A DNA stretch of 64,000 bases from Stegostoma tigrinum (lineage: Eukaryota): the NCBI RefSeq assembly GCF_030684315.1, contig NC_081362.1, forward strand, positions 37,943,958 through 38,007,957, read 5' to 3'. Position numbers and translations under genes: made by a program. Each line of letters starts with the position of its first letter. Position 1 is the stretch's first letter. Below are positions 13,201 to 25,024 of this stretch, in pieces. The notes under the pieces are model-generated. The model worked only from the letters and a program-made list of their open reading frames with translations, made no database searches and was not told where the DNA came from.

Positions 13201-13820
13201 TTGTTTAGTACAAATATGCAAGTCTTGCTTGAACTAATACAAGGCATTAGTCAGACCTCACCTGGAACACCATCAACTAACTTTATCCCTTTTCTAAGCA
13301 AGGTATATGGGCATTGAAGACATTCCACAGAAGGTACACTAGGTTGATCTGGAGTACGATGGGAGTTTCTCATGAATAGAGGCTACGCAGTTTGGGTTTG
13401 TACTCACTGGAATTTAGAACAATGGCAAGGTATCTTATTAAAACCCACCAGATTCACAAAGGGTGACAAGGAGAGAAGGGCACTTGACAGAGAAAATGTG
13501 CAGGTTGTTTCCCTTTGTGAGAGATAGCACAGGACCAAATCAGAGTAAGGGGCTGCCCATTAAGAAAGTGATGCAAAGGACATTTTGCCCCCTTTTGGAG
13601 ACTACTCAATCTGTGGAATTCTTTATTTCAGTGGACTGTTGAGGCTGAGTTGTTAAGTATATTCAAGGCTGAGATTAACAGACTTTGAATCAGTAAGGGA
13701 ATCAAGTATTCTGGGGATAAGTGGATTTAAGGATTATCAAATCAGACATAACCTCACTGAATGGCAGAGCACTCGATGAGCTGAATGACCTACTCCTGCT
13801 CCCATATCTTATGATCTTAT
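13200..13820 (+). mobile_element. CR1-type LINE 3' end
   Basis: LGLYSLEFR-like motif (ttgggtttgtactcactggaatttaga) and a ttatgatcttat tail. Confidence 0.75.
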
Positions 13821-14158
13821 CAAGAAATTCTTAATATGTGATGGACACAAGGTGGAACAGTGGAGGCAACAACCCTTGGAATGATTTAATAACCAATTAC
13901 ATGTTGAAATGAGGGGGAAATGGCATCATTCAGGATGAATTAGCTCTCATGGAACAAATGGCTTCACTTCACTTACCAACACTGAGGATTAAATTTGGCT
14001 TTGGTGGACATAAGCAAATGCAGGAGGGTTAGGGAGAGCTGTGCAGAGATGCTTCTCTTCCAGTTAATCCATCATTCTGTAGACTCTTTAAAGATCAGTG
14101 CAGAAATGGAATAATTAGGGACCCTACATGGTGCACATCACACTTTCATGGACTTTCC

Positions 14159-14365
14159 AAAGAATCCCTACAATGTGGGAGCAGGCCATTTTGCCCATCA
14201 AATCTACACCAACCCTCCAAAGAGCATCCCAATCCAGACCCACTCCCCTACTCTATCCCTGTAACTCTGTCTTTCCCATGGCTAATCCACCTAACTTGCA
14301 CATCCACAGACACTATGGGCAATTTAGCGTGGTCAAACCCCTTGAACAGCACATCTTTGGACTTC
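14159..14365 (-). mobile_element. HE1 SINE 3' half
   Basis: Matches 10227-10410. Confidence 0.85.
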
Positions 14366-14382
14366 AAAGATTTTTTGGAGAG

Positions 14383-15410
14383 CACAGAACACAGAACATT
14401 ACAGTACAGTACAGACCCTTCGGCCCTCAATGTTACGCTGACCTGTGAAACCAATCTGAAGCCTGTCTAACCTACACTATTCCATTATCATCCATAAGTT
14501 TATCCAATGACTATTTAAACGCCCTTAAAATTGGCAAGTTTACTACTGTTGCAGGCAGGGCATTTCACAACTTTACTACTCTGAGTAAAGAACCTACCTC
14601 TGACACCTGTCCTATATCCCCTCAATTTAAAGCTACGTCCCCTCGTGGTGGCCATCGCCATCTGAGGAAAAAGGCTCTCACTGTTCATCCTATCTACTCC
14701 TCTGATCATCTTGTATGTCTCCATTAAGTCACCTCTTAACCTTCTTCTCTCTAACGAAAACAGCCTCAAGTCCCTCAGCCTTTCTTCATAAGACCTTCCC
14801 TCCATACCAGGCAACATCCTAGTAAATCTCCTCTGCACCCTTTCCAATGCTTCCACATCCTTCCTATAATGCGGTGACCAGGACTGTAAGCAATACTCCA
14901 AGTGTGGCCACACCTGAGTTTTGTACAGCTGCAACATGACCTTGTGGCTCTAAAACTCAATCCCTCTACCAATAAAACCTAACACACCATACGCCCTCTT
15001 AACAACCCTATCAACCTGGGTGGCAACTTTCAGGGATCAATACACATGGACACCGAGATCTCTCTGCTCATCCACACTACCAAGAATCTTACCGTTAGCC
15101 CCGTACTCTGTAGTCCTGTTACTCCTTCCAAAGTGAATCAACTCACACTTTTCCACATTAAACTCCATTAACCACCTCTCAGCCCAGCCCTGCAGCTTAT
15201 CTGTGCCTCTCTGTAACCTGCAACATCTTCCACACTATCCATAACTCCACCGACTTTAGTGTCATCTGCAAATTTACTAACCCATCCTTCTACACCCTCA
15301 TCCAGGTCATTTATAAAAATGACAAACAGCAGCGGCCCCAAAACAGATCCTTGCAGTACACCACTAGTAACTGAATTCCAGGATGAACATTTCCCATCAA
15401 CCTCCACCCT
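14383..15410 (-). mobile_element. 5'-truncated HER1/CR1 LINE (RT and C-terminus), relatively young
   Basis: ORFs contain [24 protein letters not shown]...SKFADDTK and PHLEYC...ERVQRRFTRM...RRLRGDL. Confidence 0.93.
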
Positions 15411-15552
15411 TCTATTCCCTTCCTATTCATTTAGTCATCCAGGTCCTTCTTGAATGCTTCTATTGTGTCTGCTTCCACCACCTCCTCTGGCAGCGTGTTC
15501 CACGCATTCGCCATCCTCTGTGTGAAAAACTTGCCTCACACATCTCTTTTCA

Positions 15553-16127
15553 ACAGATTTCTAGTTCAGGTCGCGGATGAGGTCATAGACTTGCTTGCCG
15601 AGCTTGTGTGTTTGACAGCAGACATTTCGTCACTGCACCTCTGGTGAAGCATTGGTGTTCTATCACACCTGTTATTTATCCGCCTCCGTTTGATTGGCAT
15701 TAGTTCTAGTTCCATTTTTCAGTGGTTTGTATATCGGGTCCAGTTCAGCTTGTTTGTTGACAGAGTTCCTATTGGAATACCAGGCCACCAATAAATCTCT
15801 CATGTCTCTGTTTGGCTTGTGCTATATCGACCGGAACAACACATCCATAATAGCACAAGCCAAACTGAGACATACCAAGGGATTCCTGGAGGCCTGGCAT
15901 TCCAACCAGGGCTCCGTCAACAAACACAATGAACTGGACCCCATATACAAACCACCGAGAAAGAACCCTAAGTAATGCCAACCAAAACCAAGGCATATAA
16001 ATAACTGGCAGGACAGAACATTTAACGTTTCACCAGAGGTACACTGACACTGACAATGTCACCCAGCAGGCTGACAACACATCTGCAATCAAGCTCACCG
16101 ACTCGGCAAACAATTCTACAACCTCAT
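15553..16127. mobile_element. Inverted-repeat PLE remnant (Poseidon-like, related to family C)
   Basis: GIY-YIG C-terminal remnant NNTSIIAQAK...FLEAWHS...NKHNELDPIY on the plus arm, with its inverted counterpart on the left. Confidence 0.75.
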
Positions 16128-16287
16128 CTTTGGACTGTGGGTGAAAACTGGAACACCCAAAGGAAACACACGCAGACATGGGGAGAGCATGCAAACTCCA
16201 CACACAGTCACGTGGAGGATGGAACCAAACCTGAGTCCCTGGCACTGAGAGGCAATAGAGCTAACTACTGAGCCACCGTGCAAACCC
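16127..16287 (-). mobile_element. HE1 SINE 5' half
   Basis: A-box region cactgagccaccgtgc-like plus the HE1 core. Confidence 0.85.
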
Positions 16288-18622
16288 TATTTGCAGAAGT
16301 CTTGACATAGGACTCTAATACTGCACAGCTTTCAAACAGAAACCAACAGCATCTAAATGTACTGTCAACTAATATGGTACCGTCTACTTTGGGTTCAATT
16401 TTTTTTTAAATTGAGAAACCAGTACAGTAAAAGTTTCATTGCAAAGTGGCTCATACTAAAAGCTGGTCAAGAGAATTCAATAGTAATACGATGAGTGAGG
16501 AAAAAGAAATGGCAGACAGCATTCTGTTGTAGAAGCAGGCTCCATGATGCTCATCATAAGACTGTAAATAGGCAGTTACATCCACTATGTCAAACCACTG
16601 CAAACGTTACCAGATATAGATTCCTGTACTATTTACTATATCCTTAGACTGGGAAGCAGTATGGAGAGTTGATGAAGGAACACATCTCTTTCTAATGACT
16701 TCAGACAGATTCTTAATTTTGTGTGACTGGTTAAAAAATAATACATTTCACGTATCTATGTATATTGTAAAACTTTATCCAGATATATCAACAGAACTAT
16801 TCAGTATACAACAATGGATGATTTGTCAAACAGGTTGCAGAAGAGACTCCACATGAAACACCGTGTCCAATGTGTAGTCGCCCACAAGGCAGGTAACGTA
16901 GCAGTCTTGCAAAAGGTCCAAGGGAGAACTGCTTAAATGATTTCTAGATTACATAAATTCCACTACTTAAAAGTTTTCCCTATAAAGAATTATAACATAA
17001 TAATTAAAACATCGGATAGTGAGTCCATTGGTAGTTTATTCCAGTTTAGAAGGCAAGGGAAGATCAGGTTAAATGTTTGCAACCTTATCTAAAAATAGGA
17101 AGAAACAGATTGTTCATCTTTTAGCAGATAATAGTGGAGCCTTGCAGCATAGTGCTGAATGGTGTGGTGTATGTTGGATTCAAGAAGAAGCTGGCCTGGT
17201 TATTCACTGCAGCAGAGATTGCATTATTTACCAACAAAGTGTCTATAAATCATACTTGGCCCATGTGATCATAAACTGTTCTGAGAGCCCCAACAGCATA
17301 ATTTCCAAAACATTTTTCCCTACTAGCCTGACTTTCTTTTCTCCACACAGGAGGTTACAAGACTACAGAATGTTTGTTTAGGGGCCTGGCAATGAAAGAG
17401 GGAGTTTAGTCAAGATATGGCAATCATGAATGTAAGACAAGCTGGATGTAGAGTTGATCTTTTCCTGCCTGACAATTTTATACATTCACAAATATCAAAG
17501 TCATCAAACAGCAGTGATGTTTAAGCCTACAGTATGATTACTCAGTCTTCTTATCCAAGATGCAGCAGGAGTTCTTATCCACCTGCTGTGCACAAAATAG
17601 ATGTCTGGCATCTGAGATTCAATCACCTGTAAAGTTTAAGGGCATCAACATTTCGATCACACATAAGAAATTATTATGAAGAATAACACATATCTACAGA
17701 GAAGCACCATTCTGGGGAGGAAGCTGAAGGGCAAACGAACCATTTGATGAGAATTCAAAGTCAGAAATGAAAGCGATTTTCTTTCATTCATATGAGATGT
17801 GGGTGTTACTGACTTGACTAGCCCTTATTGTACTAGATGCCCTGGAGAAGTTGGTGATGAACCGCCTTCTTAAGCCGATGCAGATTTGGAAGGACTAAAG
17901 CTGAACTAAAATAATAGAATAAATTCAAATATCAAGTAATCACAGATAACCTTTTCATAACTTTGTAGCATCTATCAAAGCAGCATGTTTTAATCAAAGC
18001 TTTTAACTAATGACTAAATACGTATTGCTAAGCAAATAGCCACCATACATGGGCTGCTAGAATTATAAATTTTATAAATGGAAAATGACTATAATGTTTC
18101 GGCAAATTACCTGATTTAAACATGAACGTCTCAAGTGGTGTAATATATCGACTGCATACACACACATCCTCACAGCATACAATGATCAAACAGCTTTTCT
18201 GAAGTAAGACTCTATGCTCCAAAACAAATGGAATTTGTTCCAACCACAAAACTTTATGCAAACTAATCCGGCACCATCATGCTGACACAGTTAGTATGCA
18301 AGAGAGGGAGATTATAATAAACTGCACGTTGTTCAGATTAAACATGCTCAGCAATCTGAAGCAATAAACATGAGAAATGTGAAAATGACTCCAACTTAAT
18401 GAGGGGCTTGTAATATTAATAGATAGCATTAAAACCAAAAATATTAGAAGACCAAACAATGCCAGAAAAGGACACAAAGACGTTAAAAGGTTCAACTCTC
18501 AGTTACCTCAAAAATTGAATGTTATAGAATCATGGGTTCGCCGACTGTGAAAGGAGACACTAATGCATAAATATACGAACATCGAATTAAATATTCAGTT
18601 TTATACAATAATAAACTCTTAC

Positions 18623-18667
18623 CCTTTGAATAAACTTTTCCACGCTCTGAACCACATGTTTATAGAA
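18623..18667 (-). CDS. SCAF8: SCAF8 coding exon (probably exon 3): FYKHVVQSVEKFIQR
   Basis: 45-nt phase-0 exon with ttttactttacag acceptor and AGG|gtaaga donor. It continues the previous exon in frame and matches SCAF8 FYKHVVQSVEKFIQK. It is too short to appear in the ORF track. Confidence 0.93.
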
Positions 18668-19117
18668 CTGTAAAGTAAAAGAAAATAAAAATTACACTTT
18701 TAAAGATAGCTAAACAAGTTAACCAAATAATTAATAAGGCATACAAGATCTGGTATTTATGAAGGCAGAATTCAAATGATCAGTCTGGAAATACTCGAAA
18801 GTCTGGCACTCTCTATGGTGAAAGAAAGTGTCAGTACTTCAGATTAATAAGTTTCACCACACCTGAAAATTATTAGATATTGAACAGATTTTGGACATAT
18901 TCTGGAGGGAAAAGAGCCAAAGGGAATATCTGTAATGGCATGAGAGAGGTTAAATGACAAAAAGAGATGACGGGTTATTTTAGAATGCCAAACTGCTAGG
19001 AGAAGGAGTTGTCCACTGAAGACATCTCACAGCAGGAAATGGCAAAACACGGTCCATTTAATATGGGAGCTGGATGGACAAGAGGAGGAACAAAGGGAAC
19101 CCAAATCTGGTAATAGA

Positions 19118-19335
19118 AATAATGGGAACTGCAGATGCTGGAGAATCCAAGATAACAAAGTGTGAAGCTGGATGAACACAGCAGGCCAAGCAGCATCTCA
19201 GGAGCACAAAAGCTGACCTTTAGGGCCAAGACCCTTGAATCTCTGATGAAGGGTCTAGACCCGAAACATCAGCTTTTGTGCTCCTGAGATGCTGCTTGGC
19301 CTGCTGTGTTCATCCAGCTTCACACTTTGTTATCT
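19118..19335. mobile_element. Palindromic PLE-derived insert (family A)
   Basis: Near-perfect arms of about 90 bp. The plus-strand core CUGAUGAAGGGUCUAGACCCGAAACAUC is retained. Degenerate TSD tggt(a/t)ataga. Confidence 0.9.
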
Positions 19336-19516
19336 ATGGTTATAGAGGGTTGGAAAGGGACAAGGGTGACAGCATCCAGGATTGGAGTGACCACAATTGA
19401 CGGCTCTGTTAACCATGGCTGAAAATCCACAGCAGAAGAAATGGAAGGACATATCAAAGCTATTGCTACAAGAAGAAGTGGTAGTACTGGCAGAATAGAG
19501 ACAAGCTATTGGGTGA

Positions 19517-19726
19517 GTGATAATGGGAACTGCAGATGCTGGGGAATCCAAGATAATGAAATGTGAAGCTGGATGAACACAGCAGGCCCAGCAGCATCGC
19601 AGGAGCACAAAAGCTGATGCTTCGGGCCTAGACCCTTCATCAGAGGTCTAGACCCAAAACGTCAGTTTTTGTGCTCCTGAGATGTTGCTGGGCCTGCTGT
19701 GTTCATCCAGCCTCACATTTCATTAC
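19517..19726. mobile_element. Palindromic PLE-derived insert (family A) with perfect 15-bp TSD
   Basis: caagctattgggtga at 19502-19516 and 19727-19741. Confidence 0.92.
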
Positions 19727-22259
19727 CAAGCTATTGGGTGAATGGAATAGAACTCTTACAGGAACCAAGATGAAAGGAAACATAACAATGGTCATTGTAT
19801 GAGTTGATAACATTAGTTATTAGAGAACATTAGTTGATAGCCTTTCTAAGGAAACTAAGACGGAAGAGAATTGGAGATAAACAATATACAGGTGAAGGAA
19901 GGGTGGAAATCAGGAGAAAATAAATTTCCTGTCTGGAGCAATAGCAGGTGGTCAGTATATTTTAAGATGAGTTAAGGAATGATATGTGAATAGGGCTGAA
20001 ACAAAGAATTCTGGAAACAGATTCAATGCTAATTATGAGAAGGGAATTTACTAGGTACTTAAACAAGGAAAAAGATTCCAGGAATAAACGGGAAAGACCC
20101 AGGTAGAGGGATTAATGTGGCTGTTATAATAAGATCTGGGCAGACCTGACTGGCTAAATGGTCCCTTTCTGTGCAGTGCTATTCTAAAAGATGAAACAAA
20201 CAAACCAAGAGGGAGTCAAATTTTAAGAAATATAAAGCTGCAGCCTCTGGAGCAGTTGCTGAGGTGTTCCCATGGGAACCAGCGGGCTGAGCTGGAGAAT
20301 TTGAAACTAAAGAAGCTGAAGAATTGCGCCTACAACACCACAGTATTTCACCAATTCTGCATCTGCTTGAGCATTAGCTATGTCAGTAAAATGATTTTTA
20401 CTTTGCTAAATTTGTTAAACTGAATAGCTACAAAGTATTATTTTCCACATTGCATCTTAGCAGTAATTATAAGTCAGTCTTGCCCTCAAATTAAACGAAT
20501 TACCATTTCTCCCCTTAAATACTGATAACAACGTATAATCCAAAATACATTCACTTCTCATTCTTAATGCCAGAAATAATGAACATTATCGTTTTTTTGT
20601 GGTTTTGGAGGAATTTCAACAACTTGTACTTGTAAAATGCCTTTTATTTGGAAAACATCCCCAAGATACTTACTTCACAAGACTAGAATCAGACAAAATC
20701 TGACAGTGATGGCAAATATTGGGAAAATGATCAAAAGCTTGTTCAAAAAAGGTAGCTTTTAAGGAGCATGTTGAAGGAAGAAAATAAAAATGTTTTCAAC
20801 TAGAGCTTGGTGGGAATCTGGAATGCATTGCCTGGGAGGGTAGTGGAAGTAGGAAAACGCATACCCTCTAAAAAGCACTTCAAAACAATGTGGTAGTAGT
20901 ATAGATTTAGAGTTTTTTTTGTAAATGCAGACTCATTGGGCTAAAGGGCTCTTCTGTACTGTATGATTCTACAATAGATGGGTTGGCAAAGGATAATCCA
21001 GTTCTTGGGACCTAATTTAAATTATGATATTGTTACTTTGCAGTACACAAGACACAAATTCCCTTAATTTGCAAAATTTGAATTTAGCCCCGTGATTAGA
21101 ATCATATTCTTGCATATCATAAAATGTTGAGATAATGGAGCTTTTGCCAAAGCAAAACTGGACAATGTCGTCATGATAACTTCCTTCACTGAATTCAGCA
21201 GAATCTATAAATCGGCTAGGCAAGATGTTCCCTTCATTAACGCAAGAGAGGGGCAAACTAGACAGCAGTACAGGTAAATCTTAAAAAATAAATTAAGAGG
21301 GTTAGAAGTCAAGTTTCTTTTCCAACTGGGTGGCATTTCCAAATACAAAGCCATGTTGCGTGCTGTCACATGACCAGATATTGGGCACTAACAGCAAATA
21401 CGTGATCATAAGTGCATGAAATCGGTCTACAGATACAACAACGGACGTCCAATTTGGGATAATATTGAACATAAACCCAAAATTTATGAGACAATGTTGC
21501 TGTAATAATAGAATTAACCTTTTAACAGTGATACAATTAACAGTCTAAACAACTGTAGCTTTACAAAAGCTCTATATAATATTTTCTTAGGACAGAAGCA
21601 TAAACATAAACAAACAGACTAAACATTATATTGCCAAAATCTTTCTTGCCAGACCTCATTACTTGTCAATCTTCATCACAACCACTGACTGAAACATATC
21701 TACTCAAATTACTCCATAGCAGGAATCTTTAATTTTAAAACCTGAGCATTCTGTATCAGTTACTACTAAAGTAGTGTCACCCAACTGCAACAGCACCAAG
21801 TCAGTAGAAGACTATCAGTCTGCCAGTTGGCATGGAGATTAAACATCAAGACTCCAAGCAGGTATGTCATGCACAGAGATTAATAGAAGCTGAGGGATTT
21901 CACAACCTCTCATAATCACTTCAAATTTCCAACATGGAGTAATAATAAAGGTCTTCTGTAGCAAATAGCACTGAAGAATAACTAAGATCAAAAAGCAACT
22001 GAAACAAATATTAACAATAATTATCAACTAGGTTTGGCACAGAAGCTTTGAAAAATTTTGAGTAAGCTTGGAAACCAGTTATGGTACAAAAATTTGAAGT
22101 CATACATTAAATCTTGTAGCTATTAGAATTAAGTATGTTAAAATAAATCCAAAAAGCAATGAAAGTGGGAAGTTTCCTCATGAATTTGCAACCTAAGAGC
22201 ATTTTAAAGAGAAGCACTTCCATGCTAATGTTCCAATGCCTTCTTCACAATTTTATATT

Positions 22260-22560
22260 TTCTTTCAACATATGCGGGCTTTGCTTAAAGTATTTATTGC
22301 TCATCACTAATTGTCCATCATGTGAGTTCTTAACTGTGCTTTTCAGAGGAAGTTTAAGAGTCAACCAAATTACTTTGGAGCTGCATTGGAGCCAGATAAA
22401 GTAAGAATGGTAAGGTAAGGTAAAGGACACAAGTGAATCAAACAGGTTTTTACAACAATCAATTATAGTTTCATTGTCATCAATACTGAGGCTAGCTCGT
22501 AATTCCAGATTTATTAATTACCTAAATTCTACCAGCTGCAGTGAGATTTAGTCATGCCCC
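22260..22560 (-). mobile_element. DeuSINE/SacSINE-like SINE
   Basis: ttaagagtcaacca...taaaggaca..agtgaa...aattccagattt core in reverse orientation. Confidence 0.6.
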
Positions 22561-22584
22561 AAACACATCAGCATAGATTATTAG

Positions 22585-22811
22585 AGATAATAGGAAGTGC
22601 AGATGCTGGAGAATCCAAGATAATAAAATGTGAGGCTGGATGAACACAGCAGGCCAAGCAGCATCTCAGGAGCACAAAAGCTGACGTTTCAGGCCTAGAC
22701 CCTTCATCAGAGACCCTCTGATGAAGGGTCTAGGCCCGAAACGTCAGCTTTTGTGCTCTTGAGATGCTGCTTGGCCTGCTGTGTTCATCCAGCCTCACAT
22801 TTTGTTATCTT
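22585..22811. mobile_element. Young palindromic PLE-derived insert (family A) with perfect 15-bp TSD and hammerhead cores on both strands
   Basis: TSD agcatagattattag at 22570-22584 and 22812-22826. The arms are almost perfectly complementary; the left arm has about 30 extra nt. Confidence 0.95.
22716..22747 (+). ncRNA. Minimal type I hammerhead ribozyme motif (family A)
   Basis: CUGAUGA-A-GGGU CUAG GCCC-GAAA-CG-UC^AG. Palindromic ACGU stem III as in dimer-type PLE hammerheads; stem I is only about 2 bp. Confidence 0.7.
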
Positions 22812-23109
22812 AGCATAGATTATTAGTCCAGTAACACTACCACAACATCACTGTCAACTAAGTTACTTCAATCTTGTGTCCAAAGCTGCAATTTTTTTGA
22901 GCCCATTTTCAGTTATATTCTCTTGCAGACTTGATGGCATTGAGTAGATCTTTCATGCTTCACTTTCATATTTTGAAAGCATGCCTTCTGCAAGGATATG
23001 CAAAACTGAATTCATAATTTCCTGTATAAATTAGAAATGAATTGGGTCAATCTACAAAAATCCAATGATTTGCAGCTACTCATCATTCTTAACCAAAAAA
23101 CTGGTGCTC

Positions 23110-23525
23110 GAATTTGTCAAAGATGGCAGCAAAGTAGGGAAGCTGAGCCTAGGGCTTATCTGCTCCTGTCAGCTTTCTCTTCTTCTCTTTAGTTTTGTTT
23201 TATTCTTTTCTCTTTGTTTTGGTTTCTTTAAAGCCTGGAGAGTGACGGGTAATGGAAGAGACCTCCAGCAGCAGTGGCAGCAACAGTAAGACAAGCTGGA
23301 CATGTCTTGTCCCTGGCTCCACCTTCAGGGTATTCTATCATTCCTTAAATTGGCTTTCCCCAAGCCTAAGAGCCATTCAGTGAACTGTGATGATCTTTCT
23401 CTATATTTTAAAATTACATATTTTTTCTGTCATTATTATGGGTGATGTGGTGTGGCAACTCATAAAACCTTTCACTGTATTTTTCATGTAAAAGTACACG
23501 TGACAATAAATTTCTATTGTATTCT
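23110..23525 (+). mobile_element. Possible internally deleted Rex/Babar-related element or SINE
   Basis: Starts aagatggcagc. The 3' end ctttcactgtatttt...gtacacgtgacaataaa resembles the Rex 3' end at 26490-26530. Confidence 0.4.
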
Positions 23526-23805
23526 CTTCAAATTTTGCCTCCTTTATACCTTTGTTTTCTTAGAGCAATTTCCAACTTGAGTATAATTAAATGGCTGTTT
23601 TCAATATACTCGAAGTACCACACTGAGCCAAAAATAGACCAGCAATTCAATGTGGTTCCAAGATAGACTATTCATTAATATAGTTTATAAAAATTCTGAG
23701 GCATTCGTTTGCAGAAATCAACTACAACATTTGAAAAATTAACAAAATTCTACTATTGTAAGCAGTAAGTGTCTCAAGAGTAAATGCAGATCATAAGACA
23801 AGATA

Positions 23806-24126
23806 AAATGGCATAGAGCTGGATGAACACAGCAGGCCAAGCAGCAGGAAAGGTAACACCCCCACCTACACTTGCCTTTACTGGCTCTATCTCTGACTCT
23901 TCGACCTGTCCTCCTCTCCACCTATCTGCTCCTATATCCATCTTCCATCCGCCACCCCCCATCTCTATTTATTTCAGAATCCCCTTCCCCTCCCCCATTT
24001 CTGAAGAAGGGTCCAGACCCCAAATGTCAGCTTTCCTGCTCCTCTGATGCTGCAGGGCCTGCTGTGTAAATCCAGCTCTACACCTTGTTATCTCAGATCC
24101 TGCAAGATCGGCAGTTCTCACTACCT
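23806..24126. mobile_element. Asymmetric PLE-derived insert (family A variant), tail on the right
   Basis: Short inverted arm 23806-23850; main arm has a degenerate core ctgaagaagggtccagaccccaaatgtc. Degenerate TSD cataagacaagata / cattaggcaagata. Confidence 0.8.
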
Positions 24127-25024
24127 CATTAGGCAAGATATTCCTTTGAATCTTTAGTTCTCCCAAGGCATTCTTCACAAGTAGTTATAAATATAGTTAG
24201 TATACATTTAAATAAAATAACTTTATTTAAATATAAAGTTAGTACGCATTTCCAAAATATAGCAAATCATGCAAAACTAACTGTCTTTTGTTCTGGGAAG
24301 TTAGACAAAACAAAGCCTGGAGCAGCCAGGTCTTTGGATGTAAATGCCCACATATCAGACAGCTCATTAAAGCTGAAGGCCATCAAAATGAAAAATACTA
24401 CCCTGGTGAAAAAATTATTTGAGCAGTATATGACAGATTACATGGCAATCATCTCTATTCTAATCTGACAGGATGTGACCAGTGGTCTCCTGCAAAGAAT
24501 CTGTGCTGGGGCCTCAATGACTTAGCATACAAAGGGTCCCCATTTATGAACATCTGACATTAGTTTGTACTTACAAACGGCTACATTATATTGTCCTGCA
24601 TGGTGTTCCTACTTGCACACAAATTGATTTGCAAACAAACTCAAGAACAGAACCAATCGCAATCCCAACCCAGGACTTCCTGCATTAAACTTCAACTAAT
24701 CAGATGACAAGAAGTGCTGGGAAAATGGGGAAACAAGGGAGAAAGAGACTGTAGGGCCAACATATGGCACGTGTGAGGTGGTGATGGTGGCGAGGAGAGG
24801 AAGAAAGAATGAATAAGAGAGAGAAGGATGAGAAGATAATTTAAAAAATGGTGTGGCTTGTGTCCTAAATCTGATCTGCTAAAGGCAAATGCAAGCTTTA
24901 GGATCATGCACTTTTAAAAGCTGATGTTATATTGACTCAGTAAACTGACCCCCTTTTTTAACTTTTTAAAATGATTCTTCACTTTGTTTGTTTGTTGAGT
25001 CATTGTGCAATATGTTGTAAGCAA

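Noticed and set aside
22585-22811. Reading the palindromes as MITEs/DNA transposons, pre-miRNAs or CRISPR-like repeats
   Set aside because: The arms are asymmetric, TSD length varies and the sequence matches the PLE 3' end. There is no spacer periodicity.
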